Assembly: GCA_976551045.1 (NCBI GenBank)
Contig: CDPCPM010000418.1
Location: 4,836,001-4,900,000 of the forward strand
Direction of reading: 5' to 3'
Length of the DNA: 64,000 bases
Origin: Glaucostegus cemiculus
Lineage: Eukaryota
The position numbers were made by a program, and so were the translations under genes. Below are positions 1 through 11,760 of the stretch, in pieces; within the stretch, counting starts at the first letter, position 1, and every line of letters starts with the position of its first letter. The notes beneath the pieces were generated by a model. The model was not told the DNA's origin and did not search any database. It was given only the letters and a program-made list of their open reading frames with translations.

Positions 1-429
1 TCTCTTATTAAATTTATCAATGACCATCTCGTGTTCATAGGCCCTGGTTTAAGAAGAAGCCATTTTATCTGTTACTACATTATCAAGTCTGTTTACAGAC
101 ACCAGATTGCTGTTTAACATCTGTCCAATTAAAGGTGGAGATGTGCCACTCAACTATTGGGGCCGAGGCTCCACTGCTTCTGCTATCAGAGCATCAGAAG
201 CTGTTTCCAGCCCTTCCCACTGGAGGGTGCCATTTCCTGTGTCCTGGCCGATGGTTCAATCTGCAGTCTTGGTGCTGGGGCTCTGATTGTTGGACTTTAG
301 CTCAGTACCGCAGTTATCTTTTTATAATCTACTCATTCAGTTCTCAGATTTGTTCTGATTCTTCTAAGGTCAAGTCCCGTACCAATTCCTTCAATTTTAC
401 AGGGGTAGGAGGGTTCTTGGACAGACATC

Positions 430-1230
430 AGGTGCCTGAATGAATCAGTCCCTGGAACTGAGATGGTTAAAGAGCAAAGCATCACATTAGAGCTGCAGGT
501 CACAGACCAGTTGCAGGGCATTCTAAAGTGGGAAGCTAACAGCCAGGTGTCTTGGTCCTCACTGGTACCAATGACAAAGATGAAAAGAGGATGAGCTGCT
601 TCAATAAGACTTCAGGGAGCTCATTGGAGATTAAAAAGTAGGACCACAGGATTACATTTATTCAATGGGATAGGATAGGTGAATGTGTGTCTTAAGGAAT
701 AGAGTAGGAGACAGATTTCTGGATCACTAGGACTGTTGACGGGGAAGGTGGGATCTGTACAAGCTGGACAGATTGCATCTGAACCAGAACAGGTCCAACA
801 TCTTGCAGGAAAGTTCACTAGTGTTGTTGGGAAGGGTTTAAACTAATTAGGCAGGGGAATGGGACACAGAGCTGATGTACAGTTGGAGGGGAGGTGCAGT
901 CAAATGTGCATTTAATTAAAGGTTTGCAAGCCTAATGTCAGTGGTTGGGAAGTTACTGGAAAAAAATTCAGAGGGACAAGTTTAATCTACACTTGGAAAG
1001 GCAAAGATTAATCAAAGATAGTCATCATGGGTTTGTTAGGGGTGATCCTGCCTGACAAATTTGATTGAATTTTTCAGTGGGAACAAACTTATTGATGAAA
1101 TCTATGTGAACTTCATTAAGGCATTTGACAAGGACCCGCGTGGGAAACTAGCTCAAAAGATTAGAGTCCATGTGCGTTAGCATATTGGACCCAAAACTGG
1201 TTTGATAATTGGAGGCAGGGTGTGATGGTG
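430..1230 (+). mobile_element. Decayed CR1 LINE fragments (ORF1 esterase region, then RT region)
   Basis: 430-870 parallels the esterase region of the CR1 at 59460-59890 (e.g. GGGTTTAAACTA near 834 and near 59857). 930-1230 carries the RT-region remnant GGCATTTGACAAGG. No intact ORF. Confidence 0.7.
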
Positions 1231-1309
1231 ATCACAGAGAATGTGCAAACTCCACACAGACTGCACCCGAGGTCAGGATTGAACCTGGGTCACTGGAGCT
1301 GTGTAGTGG

Positions 1310-1745
1310 GAGCAGTGTAGGTGAGGCTCTGCAGTGCGTTTCATAGATGGTACACCCTGCAGTCACCGTGCATCAGTGATGGAGGGAATTGGTAGTTTGG
1401 CAGTCAAGCTATCTACTTTGTCCTGGCTCCTTGAGAATTGTTGATGCAGCACTCATCAAGAAAGTGGACAGTATTCCATCACACTGTTGACTTGAGATTC
1501 GTAGATGGTGGGAAGGTCTTGGGATGACAGGAGACAAGTCATTCACCACAGAATACCCAGCTTTTGGGTCTGAAAGTCTGGAACCAATTGGTCCCCGGAG
1601 AACCCAAACTGAGCACTGGTGAGTAGGTGCCACTTGATAGCAGTGACAACTACAGCTTCCATCACTTTGTTGATGACTGAGAGCCATAAGATCAGTCCCC
1701 TCCCCCTTACCCACACCACCTCTTCCCATCTCCACACCCCACAGC
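1310..1745 (-). mobile_element. Decayed CR1-clade LINE fragment (family encoding MEYSPLxWMSAAxTTLKK)
   Basis: ORF 1409..1747 ends MSAASTILKEPGQS, matching the better copy at 39015..39551. Confidence 0.65.
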
Positions 1746-2124
1746 ATCCTTGATGCTAAACATGCAGGTGCTGTGCAGTTAAGATCGTTTATTTCAGATT
1801 AGCACCAGGAACATGTGTCGTAACCTCAGCGAGAATTCAGATGCTAGGTGTGAACCTTGTTGTTGGTGTTTATTCTCAGCGATGTTATTTCACTGATCTG
1901 AGGAAGGGTGGAGCATTTTGCTTCATGAAGTCGCCAGGTTCAGAACTTGTTGTTGTCTCTTTCTCGCTTGAAAGCTCAAGGCCAGTCACACACAGTTAAA
2001 CCTAACCCAGACCCACCCTGGGTAGCGCAGTTCTCACTTCTTCCAACAACCTTGAACAAACTAGCAGACTGAAATAATAGAACTATTCAGGGTCTTCACA
2101 AATGGCCCAGGTTTCAAGGAGACG

Positions 2125-2800
2125 CAGTTTCCTATCAAACAGTACCTCAAGTGGGAGACGGTGCCCATGGAACTGAGAGACAGACCCATGGAAATATGGT
2201 CACACTGTGTCCCAGTGAGAGTCAGTTCCTATGAAACTGTGCTAGTTCATATTAATTCCTGAGAAACAGTGCCACATTGAAAAGGAGACTCTGGGAAACT
2301 GTACCCCAGTCAGTCCCTGGAAATTGTACCACAGTGAAAATCAGTGCTTATGAGACTGTACTCTGGAGAAAGTCATTCCCTGGGAAGCTGCATCTGTAAG
2401 AGTCTGTTCCTTTGAAACTGTAACTGCAAAATTCTCTCCATGTGAAACTGTGTGCAAAGGAGAGTCATTCCTTGTGAAACTGAGAGACAGACCCATGGGA
2501 ATGCGGTGACACTGTGTCCCAGTGAGAGTGAATTTCTGTCAAACTATTTCCCAGTGAGAGTCATGTTTTGTCAAACTGTTCCCCAGAAAGTGTCAGTGCA
2601 CATAGTTGTATGTTTGGAGAATCAATTGCTGAGAAACTGTTACCCTAGAGAGTGCCAGTTTCTGTGAAATTGTGTCTCAGTACAAGTAGGTTCTTGCAAA
2701 ACTCAGTGTGATTACGTGTCTGTGGAACTGTTTCCCTGTGATATTCGGTGCTTGTGGGACTGTACCCCCGGCAACGGTCGGCGCCTGCGGGGCTGTTCCC
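2125..2800. repeat. Degenerate intronic minisatellite, unit about 30-35 bp (approx. GAAACTGTACCCCAGTGAGAGTCAGTTCCTGT)
   Basis: GAAACTGT / CCCAGTGAGAGTCA motifs recur at a roughly constant period, with no unique spacers. Confidence 0.8.
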
Positions 2801-3033
2801 CAGCGACAGTAACATTGAGTTACATTTCCTGTGTAGCTCCTCTGGGTGTCAGGGTGAACCAGGTAAAGGAAAAGGCGCCCAGCAGGATCCATCACATCTC
2901 ACTTTCACACACAGCTTCTCGATGTTCAGCCTGTCAGGCTGGTTTCAGTGGGATCCTCTTTGAATAGTGCACTGGAGTCAGTCATATTGGAGCATTACTG
3001 AGATCTATTTGGCCTTCTCTCCATCCCAAACAG

Positions 3034-3270
3034 GTCCTATTGTCTCCGCCTCTCGCTCTGGCCCCGGTCCCGGCCCTGGCTTACCTTATAACTCACCGGA
3101 TTCAACACCTTCCCAGAATCCCCTCTCGCTCATGATGTCCCAGATGTCCAAGTACGCCATGCCAAGCTCCACCCCGCTGTACCACGACGCGATTAAGACC
3201 ATTGCCACCTCTGATGACGAGCTGGCCCCAGAGCGGTCAATGACAATGATCCAGCCCACAAGTGTCTCTG
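3034..3270 (+). CDS. BCL9L: BCL9-like protein, penultimate coding exon (phase 1/phase 1)
   Basis: Acceptor ...cttctctccatcccaaacAG (AG 3032-3033); donor G|GTAAGT at 3271. Encodes SQNPLSLMMSQMSKYAMPSSTPLYHDAIKTIATSDDEL, a conserved BCL9-family block; SKYAMP and TIATSDDEL match BCL9L rather than BCL9. Confidence 0.96.
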
Positions 3271-3299
3271 GTAAGTGAGGCCGCAGTCGAGAAAAAACT

Positions 3300-3495
3300 T
3301 GTGTTTCTAAAGCACTTCTCATGCACATCTCGGCCAGTAAAGTACTTCTTGAAGTTGATGTACAAAATGTGCGAGCCAATTGGGGCAGAAACAGGAATAT
3401 GATATATAACTAAATAATCTTTCCCAGTGAAGTTGATTCAGGGATAAATAATGGCTTCAACATCAAAGCAATCTTCCCAGCACTACTTTCTTAAC
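3300..3495 (-). mobile_element. Deu-domain (SacSINE1/AmnSINE1-like) SINE remnant in the last BCL9L intron
   Basis: Reverse complement resembles the 3' part of the copies at 8925-9190 and 56500-57000 (TATTTATCCCT...CAAC; AAGTACTT). Confidence 0.5.
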
Positions 3496-3768
3496 ACAGT
3501 AAGTTTGTTTATTCTCTTTCAGCTGCCAGGGGCCTGAGCAGCAAAATTCCCTCCTTCACTCTAGCTGCCTTGTTGCAGTCCTTCCCCTTCAAAGATGCTG
3601 CAGAAAGCCTCGTTCTTCGGTTAGGGATCTGGTCACCTGTCCTAACATCTTGTTTGATTTGGTTTGTGTTCCTGTAAATTATCGTGGGGCATTTTTATCA
3701 GGTTAAATGGAAGTTATAACTGGGATTGCTGGGTGACTTCAGTAACATCTTCTTCAATTCCTTTGCAG

Positions 3769-4955
3769 GAATGAGTGGGAGCCAGAATCCACAGCCACAT
3801 ATGGTGTCACAGAGTGTGGTGGGGCCAGGATCTGCCAACAGCCCCCTGGCGATGAGCATGGTGGGGCAGCCCTTGTCCCATGAGCCCCCGGCCCCCATGA
3901 TGCCATCTCCCAGCATGATGGGACCCAACATCCCAATGCACGAGGGGCATGGCCCTGGAATGACTGTGCAAAGCCCCATGATGGTGCACCCTTCCCAGGA
4001 CTCGCTGGGGCAAGCCTGTGGTCCGTTAACCGGCAGTGGTTCCCAGATGCTACCTCAGAACCCCATGGTCCTCCAGCGAATGCAGCATCAACCCCACAAT
4101 CCTCTGCAGTCCCCAGGCTCCGGGATGCAGCAGGTGTACCCTCCAGGGATGGCCATGTCCCACGACGAGGGTGTTGCACCCCACGGGGTCCCAACCGGCC
4201 CGGCCCCTGCTCAGCAACAGCAACAACAACCTCCTCCTCCCCCTCCACCTCCGCACCTGATGAACAAGAACGTGTCGAGCCGAGCTGGAGGCGAAGGCTA
4301 CCAGCTCTCGGGAGTGGCTTCGGTCCTCAACGACCCGGAACTTCAGGACGTCATCCGCCCTTCGGCAAGTGGGATTCCGGAGTTCAATCTGTCGCGCATC
4401 ATTCCTTCAGAGAGACCCAGCAGCACCCTGCAGTATTTCCCCAAAGGAGAGTCCCAGGCGTCAAAAGCCCCGTCTTCCAACCCTCACCTCATGAACCTTC
4501 AGAGCATGATGCTGGAGCAGGCTCCTCCCAGCAGACCCAACCTTCCAGGACAACAGCAGCAACAACAGCAGCAGCAGCAACAGGTGGTGCAGAGGGGCCT
4601 GAGCATGCACATTTTCCACCCGGGGCAGGTGCCAGGGCCCATGATGGCAAGGACAGGCATGCCAGGCCAGCATGGCGTGATGAGCAACAGCCTGCACCAG
4701 GTTCTCATGTCTCCGCAGCAGAGCTTGATGGCCCAACAGAACATGATGCTACAAGCCAAGCAGAGGAGCCTCTCGCTGTCGGGGGAGATGTACGGACAGG
4801 GAGGTCACATGCTGCCTCCGCAGGTGGGCGTGCTGGGTACGCCGCCCCACCAAAGCATGATGTTCCCTCAACAGTTGAGACAGAGGAGCATGTCCTTAGA
4901 TGCACCCATCACCTTTGTCCCAGGACCAGGGAACGCTGCCAACATGCCCTTTTAG
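3769..4955 (+). CDS. BCL9L: BCL9-like protein (Wnt/beta-catenin co-activator), terminal coding exon
   Basis: Acceptor ttcttcaattcctttgcAG (3767-3768), in phase with the upstream donor (split codon G|GA). Contains LSHEPP, GVASVLNDPELQDVIRP, GIPEFNLSRIIPSERPSSTLQYFPK and LRQRSMSLD...ANMPF; stop TAG 4953-4955. Convergent with CXCR5 as in human. Confidence 0.97.
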
Positions 4956-5211
4956 CTCCTCTCATCGACTTTTCGTACAATTAGGATTTATGCAAGTCAT
5001 GAAGCAACAGTGGTGGGAAAATAAAAATAATTTTATTACGAAAAGTGAGGCCCAAAACTGAGGAGACGAAGAGTTTATACCAAGATGGGGCTGGGAAGTG
5101 GGGTGGGGGGGGAGGTGTGGGAGTCAAAGATTATTTTTTAACAGAGTGAGCTCGGCCGGAAGACTTCCAGACATTTGCGTTTTCGATTTTAAATTTTTTA
5201 TTTTTTCTCTC

Positions 5212-5215
<4 letters not shown>

Positions 5216-5250
<35 letters not shown>
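5216..5250. repeat. (TC)n microsatellite
   Basis: Uninterrupted TC dinucleotide run. Confidence 0.95.
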
Positions 5251-5254
<4 letters not shown>

Positions 5255-6954
5255 TGGTTTCCTCACCCGCTGTTGTGCAAAGGGATTTTATTATCGCTGT
5301 AAATATTCTGCCTCGGTCTGTGATTTGTTTTTACGGTTCCTGTAACTCTGTGTTTTCGCTAGAGAACCATCTAGAACTGTGACAGGGAAATTCCAGGAAG
5401 GATCTCTCTCCCAAAAGAGAACTTCACTGCCCATCAGGTTTCTGAGATTTTCGTCCTGAGGTCAACAGTGGGGTCAAAGTTCTCAGCCCCTGCCATCACT
5501 GCCCCCCTCCCACCCCATGCCTACCAGCTCCCCTGGATCCCTGCAGGTTCCATCGGGTGTGGCCTCATTAGGAGCAATGTCCAGTCAGCCGTTGGGGGTG
5601 TTTGGTGTTGAACACAAAACCCTTATCCCACTCGGAGCCTGAAATCTGGGTGCAAGCTCTCAGAAAAAAAAACAGAGAGAAAAAAAAACAGAGAGAGGGG
5701 TGGGAGGGAAACCTGTGAGACAGGTCTAGCCCTCCCTGACAACTGGTCTATCTGAGATTGAGAATGTGCCATTCATACTCAGTCTGTGTTTCAGTTTGGG
5801 GAAACGGTGGGGAGGGGAGGGCAGGCATTAAAAATAGCCCCAGAGCTGAGGAACTATATAGTGCCTCACAGGTTTGGTTCAATCAATGTTTCAGTGTTCT
5901 GCCCAGGCTGCAGGATACACACAGTGGGGACTGGGGTCCAAGGGGCCATGTGTGTGGTTTAAATTGGGAGAAACCTGTTAGGAAGGCCTCAGGAGTGGGT
6001 GAAACGTGTACGTCATCTACTCCGGTATTGTTTCCCAGAGACCTGTGTGGAGGGCAAACCAGCTGGGGTGAAACCAGAGCTCAATCCTGGAACTTGCTGA
6101 AGGGAGTGCGTTGGGTTAAATTCCCCTGCCTCACCCAAAAAATAGCATCTGAGGAACCTTGATGGCAAGTGATTCAACCAGTCTGTCGTAGGGAGAAGTG
6201 TTGTTCTGTGAAGTGGTCGGCAGTGCTCCAGGAGTTGTTCCGTGAGCTCTGAAGGTCATTGATGCTCTGAGTAACCCGGGGTTATTGGACTGACATTTGC
6301 TTTTGTGACCAGGACAGGAGGACCCGAGGAATTATCACGCCCACCCTCAGGCACACTTGGGTGGGTGGGAAGGAGAGTGAGTGGGTGAAGATCAACCCAC
6401 TGACATGGAGGTTTAACAGGAAAGATGAATGGAATCTTTGGATACTAACCCAAAACATAGCACAAATCCTGAAGTATCCTCAAATAAAGCATGACGGCTG
6501 TCAGCCAGTAGCCCAGAATTACCAATCAGTTGGTTGATCAGAGGAGTTGAGGTTTAGTACTCAGCAGCTCACACTGAATACCACCCCTGCTCCCAGCTGC
6601 AACCAAATCCATTGACTTAACCCAGCTGCAACATCTACCCACCAGGCTTGGTGCTTCAAGGATTTTATGAGCTTTGTCCGAGAACACTTGCTCACAATCT
6701 AGTGTATGTGGTGGGAGAAGGGGTTTGCAGGGATTGGGTTGGGGGTGGTACCTAATGGCGAATCATTCTCTGGAGAAGTGTCGGAGGGAATGGAGTCTCT
6801 CGGAGGGAGGGAGACTATCGCGAGGAGGGTTTCTTCTGGGGAGGGTTTTCTCGGACAGATTTAACTGTCACAGATCTTCATTTGAAACTTTTTTTTGCAC
6901 CTTTTGGTCCAGAGGCTGGTTTTGTTTTTGTTTATATAATACAGACATTCATAA

Positions 6955-6960
6955 AATAAA
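6955..6960 (+). terminator. Distal polyadenylation signal of BCL9L
   Basis: AATAAA preceded by TTTTGTTTTTGTTTATATAAT and followed by GU/U-rich sequence (7021-7038). Confidence 0.65.
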
Positions 6961-7825
6961 TGAAATTATAAAAAAAATGATTTTGCGAGGAGGAACATTT
7001 TTAATGAGAGTTGAAAACTATGTTTCTGATTGTTTGTGAAATCCCTGGAACCACATGTTCAAATCAATGCACGGAAACTCGTGGGCCGATGAGGAAACTC
7101 CCAAGGATGACGAGGAAATTCCCGGGAAGCAGCAAGGAAACAATGAGGCACTGAGGTGTTAAATCTTAGTGGGATATGATATCTCCAGGGACCAACTAAG
7201 GAAACTTGAGGGAAGAATGTGTCATTTAGAAAGTACCTTGGAACCTATCTGGAAGGGCAAGTGGGTGGTGAGAAAATAAAACAAGTATAGGAAGCGGGGA
7301 GGATGAAGCAATGTATTTCTTTCCACATTATCCTGACATGCTCTAACTGTTCTTTTCCAGAAGCGGGAAGTTGTAGGACTCCTCACCACTTTCATCCTGC
7401 CTTTTTAGACTTGTGGTCATCTAATCACATTTCCAGAGCAATCCCGTCTTCTCTTTCAACTTGTTGGTGCCCTTCTTGAAAAGTCCCTGCCCTCCCAGTT
7501 GTGGTAGCCCCAGCATCATCTGTGGCTTTCTTGAATGTACAAGAGTGGATTCACTCCTGTCACTTCTGCTCCTGACTCTCACTGACAATATAACCTACTG
7601 CTTTGTACTTTAGAATCATCAGTGTTTGGAATCATTAAGACCTATAAATGGCTTTCCTGGTTTATGTTCTGACTGGGCCAGTATTAATGAAGGTGCTCAG
7701 AGGATCCTCATAGCTGAAGGAGTGGTTCCATGTATTCACCTCGGCACCACAAGGTTGTGAGTTCAAGCACAGCATCACTTGACAATCCCGAGGCTAAACT
7801 GAAAAAGCACTGCTCTGACGTCATG

Positions 7826-8920
7826 GGGGAAGCAATTATTGAAGCCTATTTAGCAGGGCACTTAGAAAATGCAGGGTAATCAGGCAAAGTTAACATGGTT
7901 TTCTGAAAGGGAATCTATGTTTAATACATTTATTGGAGTTCTTTGAAGAAATATTGTGTTGTGGTCAAAGGGGAGCCAGTAGCTATAATATACTTAGATC
8001 TCCAGAAGGCATTTGATAAGGTGCCACATCAAAGGTTATTGCAGGAAAGGTGTAGGAGGTAATATGATAGCTGGCTAGCAGGAAACAGAGTGGGCATAAG
8101 TGGATGTTTTTCTACTTGGCAAGAGGTAACAAGGGTTGTGCCACAGGGATCTGTGCTAGGACCTGAACTTTGTACCATTTATATCAGTGGCTTGGATGAA
8201 GTCACCAAAGGTATGGCTGCTCACTTTGTTGATGACGATGGGATTGGAAAATAAATTGTGAAGGAGACACAGGCTACAAAGGGATATGGATAGGGCAAGT
8301 GAGTGGGCAAGGGTTTGGCAAATGGAGTGAAATGTAGGAATATGTGAAATTGCCCATTTTGGTGGGCAACTTTTTAAAAAAAAAGGCAAATTACCTAAGT
8401 GCTGCTAGATTTTAGAGCTCGAAACAGCAGTGGAATCTGGGTGTTATATGTATAATTTGCAGGAGCCAGTGTGCAAACACCCCTCAAGTAATTAGAAAAG
8501 CTGGTAACGTTATGGTTAATAGGAAAGCATGTTTCCATCACGAGCAGAGCTAAAACTAGAGATCACTGCTTAAAAATAATGGGTCGCCCATTTAAGGCAG
8601 AGGTGAGGTGAGATTTGTTTCCCTCAGAGGTTTGGGATACTCTGGATCTTTCTTCCTTGGAGGATGGTGGAAGCAGAGCCATGGAGTCATACCGCAGTGA
8701 AACAGGCCCTTCAGCCCATCGTGTCTACGTTGACCATCAATCTTTGGATATTTTTAAGGCAGAGGTAGATAACCTGATGAGCAAGGCATTGGAAGGTTAT
8801 TGTGGGTAGGTGGGAATTCGGAACTGAAGTTGCCGTCAGATTGGCTGTGATCCTATTAAATGGTGGAGCAGCCTTATGGATCCAAGTGGCCTACTGCTGC
8901 TAGTTTGTACATTTGTGTGT
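7826..8920 (+). mobile_element. Decayed CR1 LINE 3' fragment inserted into a Deu-domain SINE
   Basis: RT remnants (GCATTTGATAAGGTGCCACAT; GTGCCACAGGGATCTGTGCTAGG) and a CR1 3' end. SINE halves flank it at about 7745-7825 and 8925-9190. Confidence 0.75.
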
Positions 8921-9689
8921 GTATCAGAAGTGACATCTACAAAGGAGCCATTAAACAGGACTTGTTTGTCTCTAAGGTGAACGAGTTCCCTGGCACAACT
9001 GAAAGAAAAGCTTGGAGTTCTCCCTAATGTTCTGTTAAATGTTTATCTGGCAACATCACGAGAAGAAGACTTGGCTGTGGTGGTTTATGGGTGCTTCTGT
9101 GTATAAACTATTTGCCGTGTTTGCAATGTAACAATAGTGATGATACTTTGAAAGTTTTATATTGGCTGTACAGCAAAGCCCTTTGTCAGTGACCAGTACA
9201 CTCTTAGTACTGGCCAAGGTTACTTAAGTCAGTTATTCTGCTCACTGGAGAGGTGGCTAATTGCATCAGGGTGAAATGACAGGATTGAAGGTGCCATTCA
9301 GAGTCAGTTACTTGTGCTTTGAATTGGGGCGTTCAGTCAAAAAAATCCATGCTGATGAATGTGCACCACACAAGTCTTCCACCCTTCATCCCGTCCAATA
9401 TCCTGTTACTTTCTCGTGCATGTTTATCCACCCACTGCATTCATCTACAGGTCCTCCCCAGCTTATGAATGCCTGACTTATGTACAGCCCATCCACGTGA
9501 TTGCGTGTTTGAGAGACTGGTGAGATGGGTTTGTAGGATGCTGCAGGCACTTTCTGCTGTGTGGGAACTAAGTTCGCACCTTCATTTGCAACTTTCCAAC
9601 TGGGTTATGAACAATTCATGGAAAAAGAAACTTTGCCGTAACCTGGGGTAGACCTATATGCTAGTTGACTCAACTAGCAACTCTCAGGG

Positions 9690-10795
9690 AAATTGAAAAT
9701 ACTGGAAACACCCACCAGGTCGGGCAGAAACTATGGGCAAAAGCAGTTAACCTTCAGATTGACAATCATCGGTACCAACTGGGAAAGTTTTCCAAAAAAA
9801 ACCAAGTTAGCGTTAAGTTGCAGCAAGGGAAAGGGAGTGATGATGGGATAAAGGGGATATCTTTGATAGAGTGCGGCCAGGGTTGCCATGGTGATCTGCT
9901 GTCTACAAAGACGTTTGGTTGATTCAGTAATGAGGGAAGTTATTTGAAAAATGAGAAAAGGGACCATTAAAAGCCGTGAAATGCTGATCAAAGCTGTTGC
10001 TGACGCCAGAAACCGAAAGATTTCTGGAAACACTCAGCAAACAAAGTATTATTTGTGGAGGGAGAAAAACCTGAATTAGTGTAACAGATAGATAACCTCA
10101 CAGCAGAAGTGGCCGTTTTTGATGCAAGCTGCAAATGCAAATTATTCAAAATTGCTGAATTCAGTATTGAGTCTCAAAGGCTACAACGTGCCCAGATGGA
10201 AAATCAGTTGCTGTTCCTCCAGCGTATATTGGACCTTGTTGGAATGGTGCAGGAGGTAGCAGAAGGGCAGAGGGAGAGTGTAATGGAGAATCAATGTGCC
10301 AAGTAACTGGAAGCTCAAGATACCCACCCCTTGCAGACAGAATGGAGGCACTCCACAAAGCTGTGACCCCATCTGCAATTAACTTCTCCAATGTAGAAGA
10401 GACCACACTGTTAGTAATACACTAGATTGGAAGAAGTGCAAGTGAAATGCTGCTTCTCCCAGAATGACTCTGATGGATGGTGGGGTGGGATGAGGTAAAA
10501 GAGCGTTACATCTCACAAGAAGAGTTGTAAGGGGAACAGACCCTCAGAATGTGGAAAGGGGAGGGGAGAAGGTGTGTCTGGTAATGGAATCTTATTGAAA
10601 GTGGTGGGAACTGTACAGGATGATCTGTTGAGTGTGGAGGCTGGTGGGGTGGAAGGTGACAGCCAGGGGCACTCGATCTATGTTGAGAGAGTTGACCTGG
10701 GTATTGAAATAAGGAATACTCTGTTTCCCCACAGAGAGTTGGGTCCATGTGAGTTGCTTAATCCACACCACTGAGCTGGAGTAGGTGAACAATCT
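9690..10795 (-). mobile_element. Penelope-like element remnant (GIY-YIG end plus terminal repeat)
   Basis: Minus-strand ORFs give LPVTWHIDSPLHS and LEEQQLIFHLGTL, homologous to the GIY-YIG C-terminus at 13250-13550. Terminal-repeat copies at about 9695 and 10020. Confidence 0.7.
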
Positions 10796-11437
10796 CTCTG
10801 GGAAAGGACGTTTACACCTAATTCATAATTAGACTTTTTAGTGACTATATTATATATTTTACCCTGAGTTTGTATACTGCCTAAATCTTTTGTAAAGACT
10901 TCTAACCTATTTCTATGAAGATTACTTTTTTTTTCCAGAAGCTCCAGCCTTCTAAATTTTTCCTGACAGATAAAGCCTCAAAGTTCCAGTGTCACCCTAA
11001 ATACTTTTTTGGATCTTCTCCAGTACCACCATACTATAACGTGGAGATCAAACTATTCACTCCACTCTGTTTAACACACATTTAATATAACCTCTAGTTT
11101 ATAATTCAGTCCTGCTGAATGTAAACCCCAATGATATAATTTAATTGCTAGTTTAATTTTGTGATTATGTAGGTATAACCTCCCTGATCTCTCTGTTCTT
11201 CTACTCAATTCAGGAATTTTCCAAGCGGTGTGGACCTCACCCCATTCTACCTACCAAAATTATTCAACTTAGATTTAACTATATTGAAGTTCATTTGCCT
11301 TTTGCACAATCACTACTGCATGCTTATTAATGGAGCCTTGAGTTTATTCCTTGCGGTTCTCTCCTGTATTGGCCATACCCTCCCCCTCCTGCACATTTTG
11401 CAGCTATGTTGCTGATTCCTGATCCAAATTGTTCATA

Positions 11438-11760
11438 TAGAGTCATAGGGCAATACAACATAGAAACAGGCCCTTCAGTCCAACTTCTCCGTGCTGACCA
11501 TGATGCCCGTCTAAGCTAGTCTCATTTGCCCACATTTGACCCATATCCCTCTGAACCTTTCCTATAGATGTTCCCGTCCAAGTGTCTTTTAACTGTTGTT
11601 ATTGTACCTGCCTCAACCACTTCCTCTGGCAGCTTGCTCCACATGTACATCACCCTTTGTGTGAAGAACTTGCCCCACAGGTCCTTTTGAAATCTTACCC
11701 CTCTCAGGTTAAACCTACGCCCTCTGGTTTTTGATTCCCTTTCCCTCTGAAAAAGACTAA
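11438..11760 (-). mobile_element. CR1 (HER1-type) 3' end fragment
   Basis: Near-identical to 18385-18700 and reverse-complementary in style to the CR1 3' end at 62540-62824. Confidence 0.8.

Larger units (their letters stand above)
4956..6985 (+). other. BCL9L: BCL9L 3' UTR (putative, about 2 kb)
   Basis: No recognisable TE between the stop and AATAAA at 6955-6960; U-rich tracts precede the signal. A proximal AATAAA lies at 5020-5025. Confidence 0.7.

Noticed and set aside
2125-2800. CRISPR-like array
   Set aside because: Vertebrate DNA, degenerate tandem units with no unique spacers, and no cas genes.
3726-3768. ORF-track N-terminus (MLGDFSNIFFNSFA) of the 409-aa ORF as a stand-alone gene
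   Set aside because: It starts at a non-ATG codon inside the intron's polypyrimidine tract; the real exon begins at 3769.
3698-4905. Antisense ORFs with poly-Cys/poly-Leu over BCL9L
   Set aside because: Shadows of CAG/CAA repeats and GC-rich codons on the coding strand.
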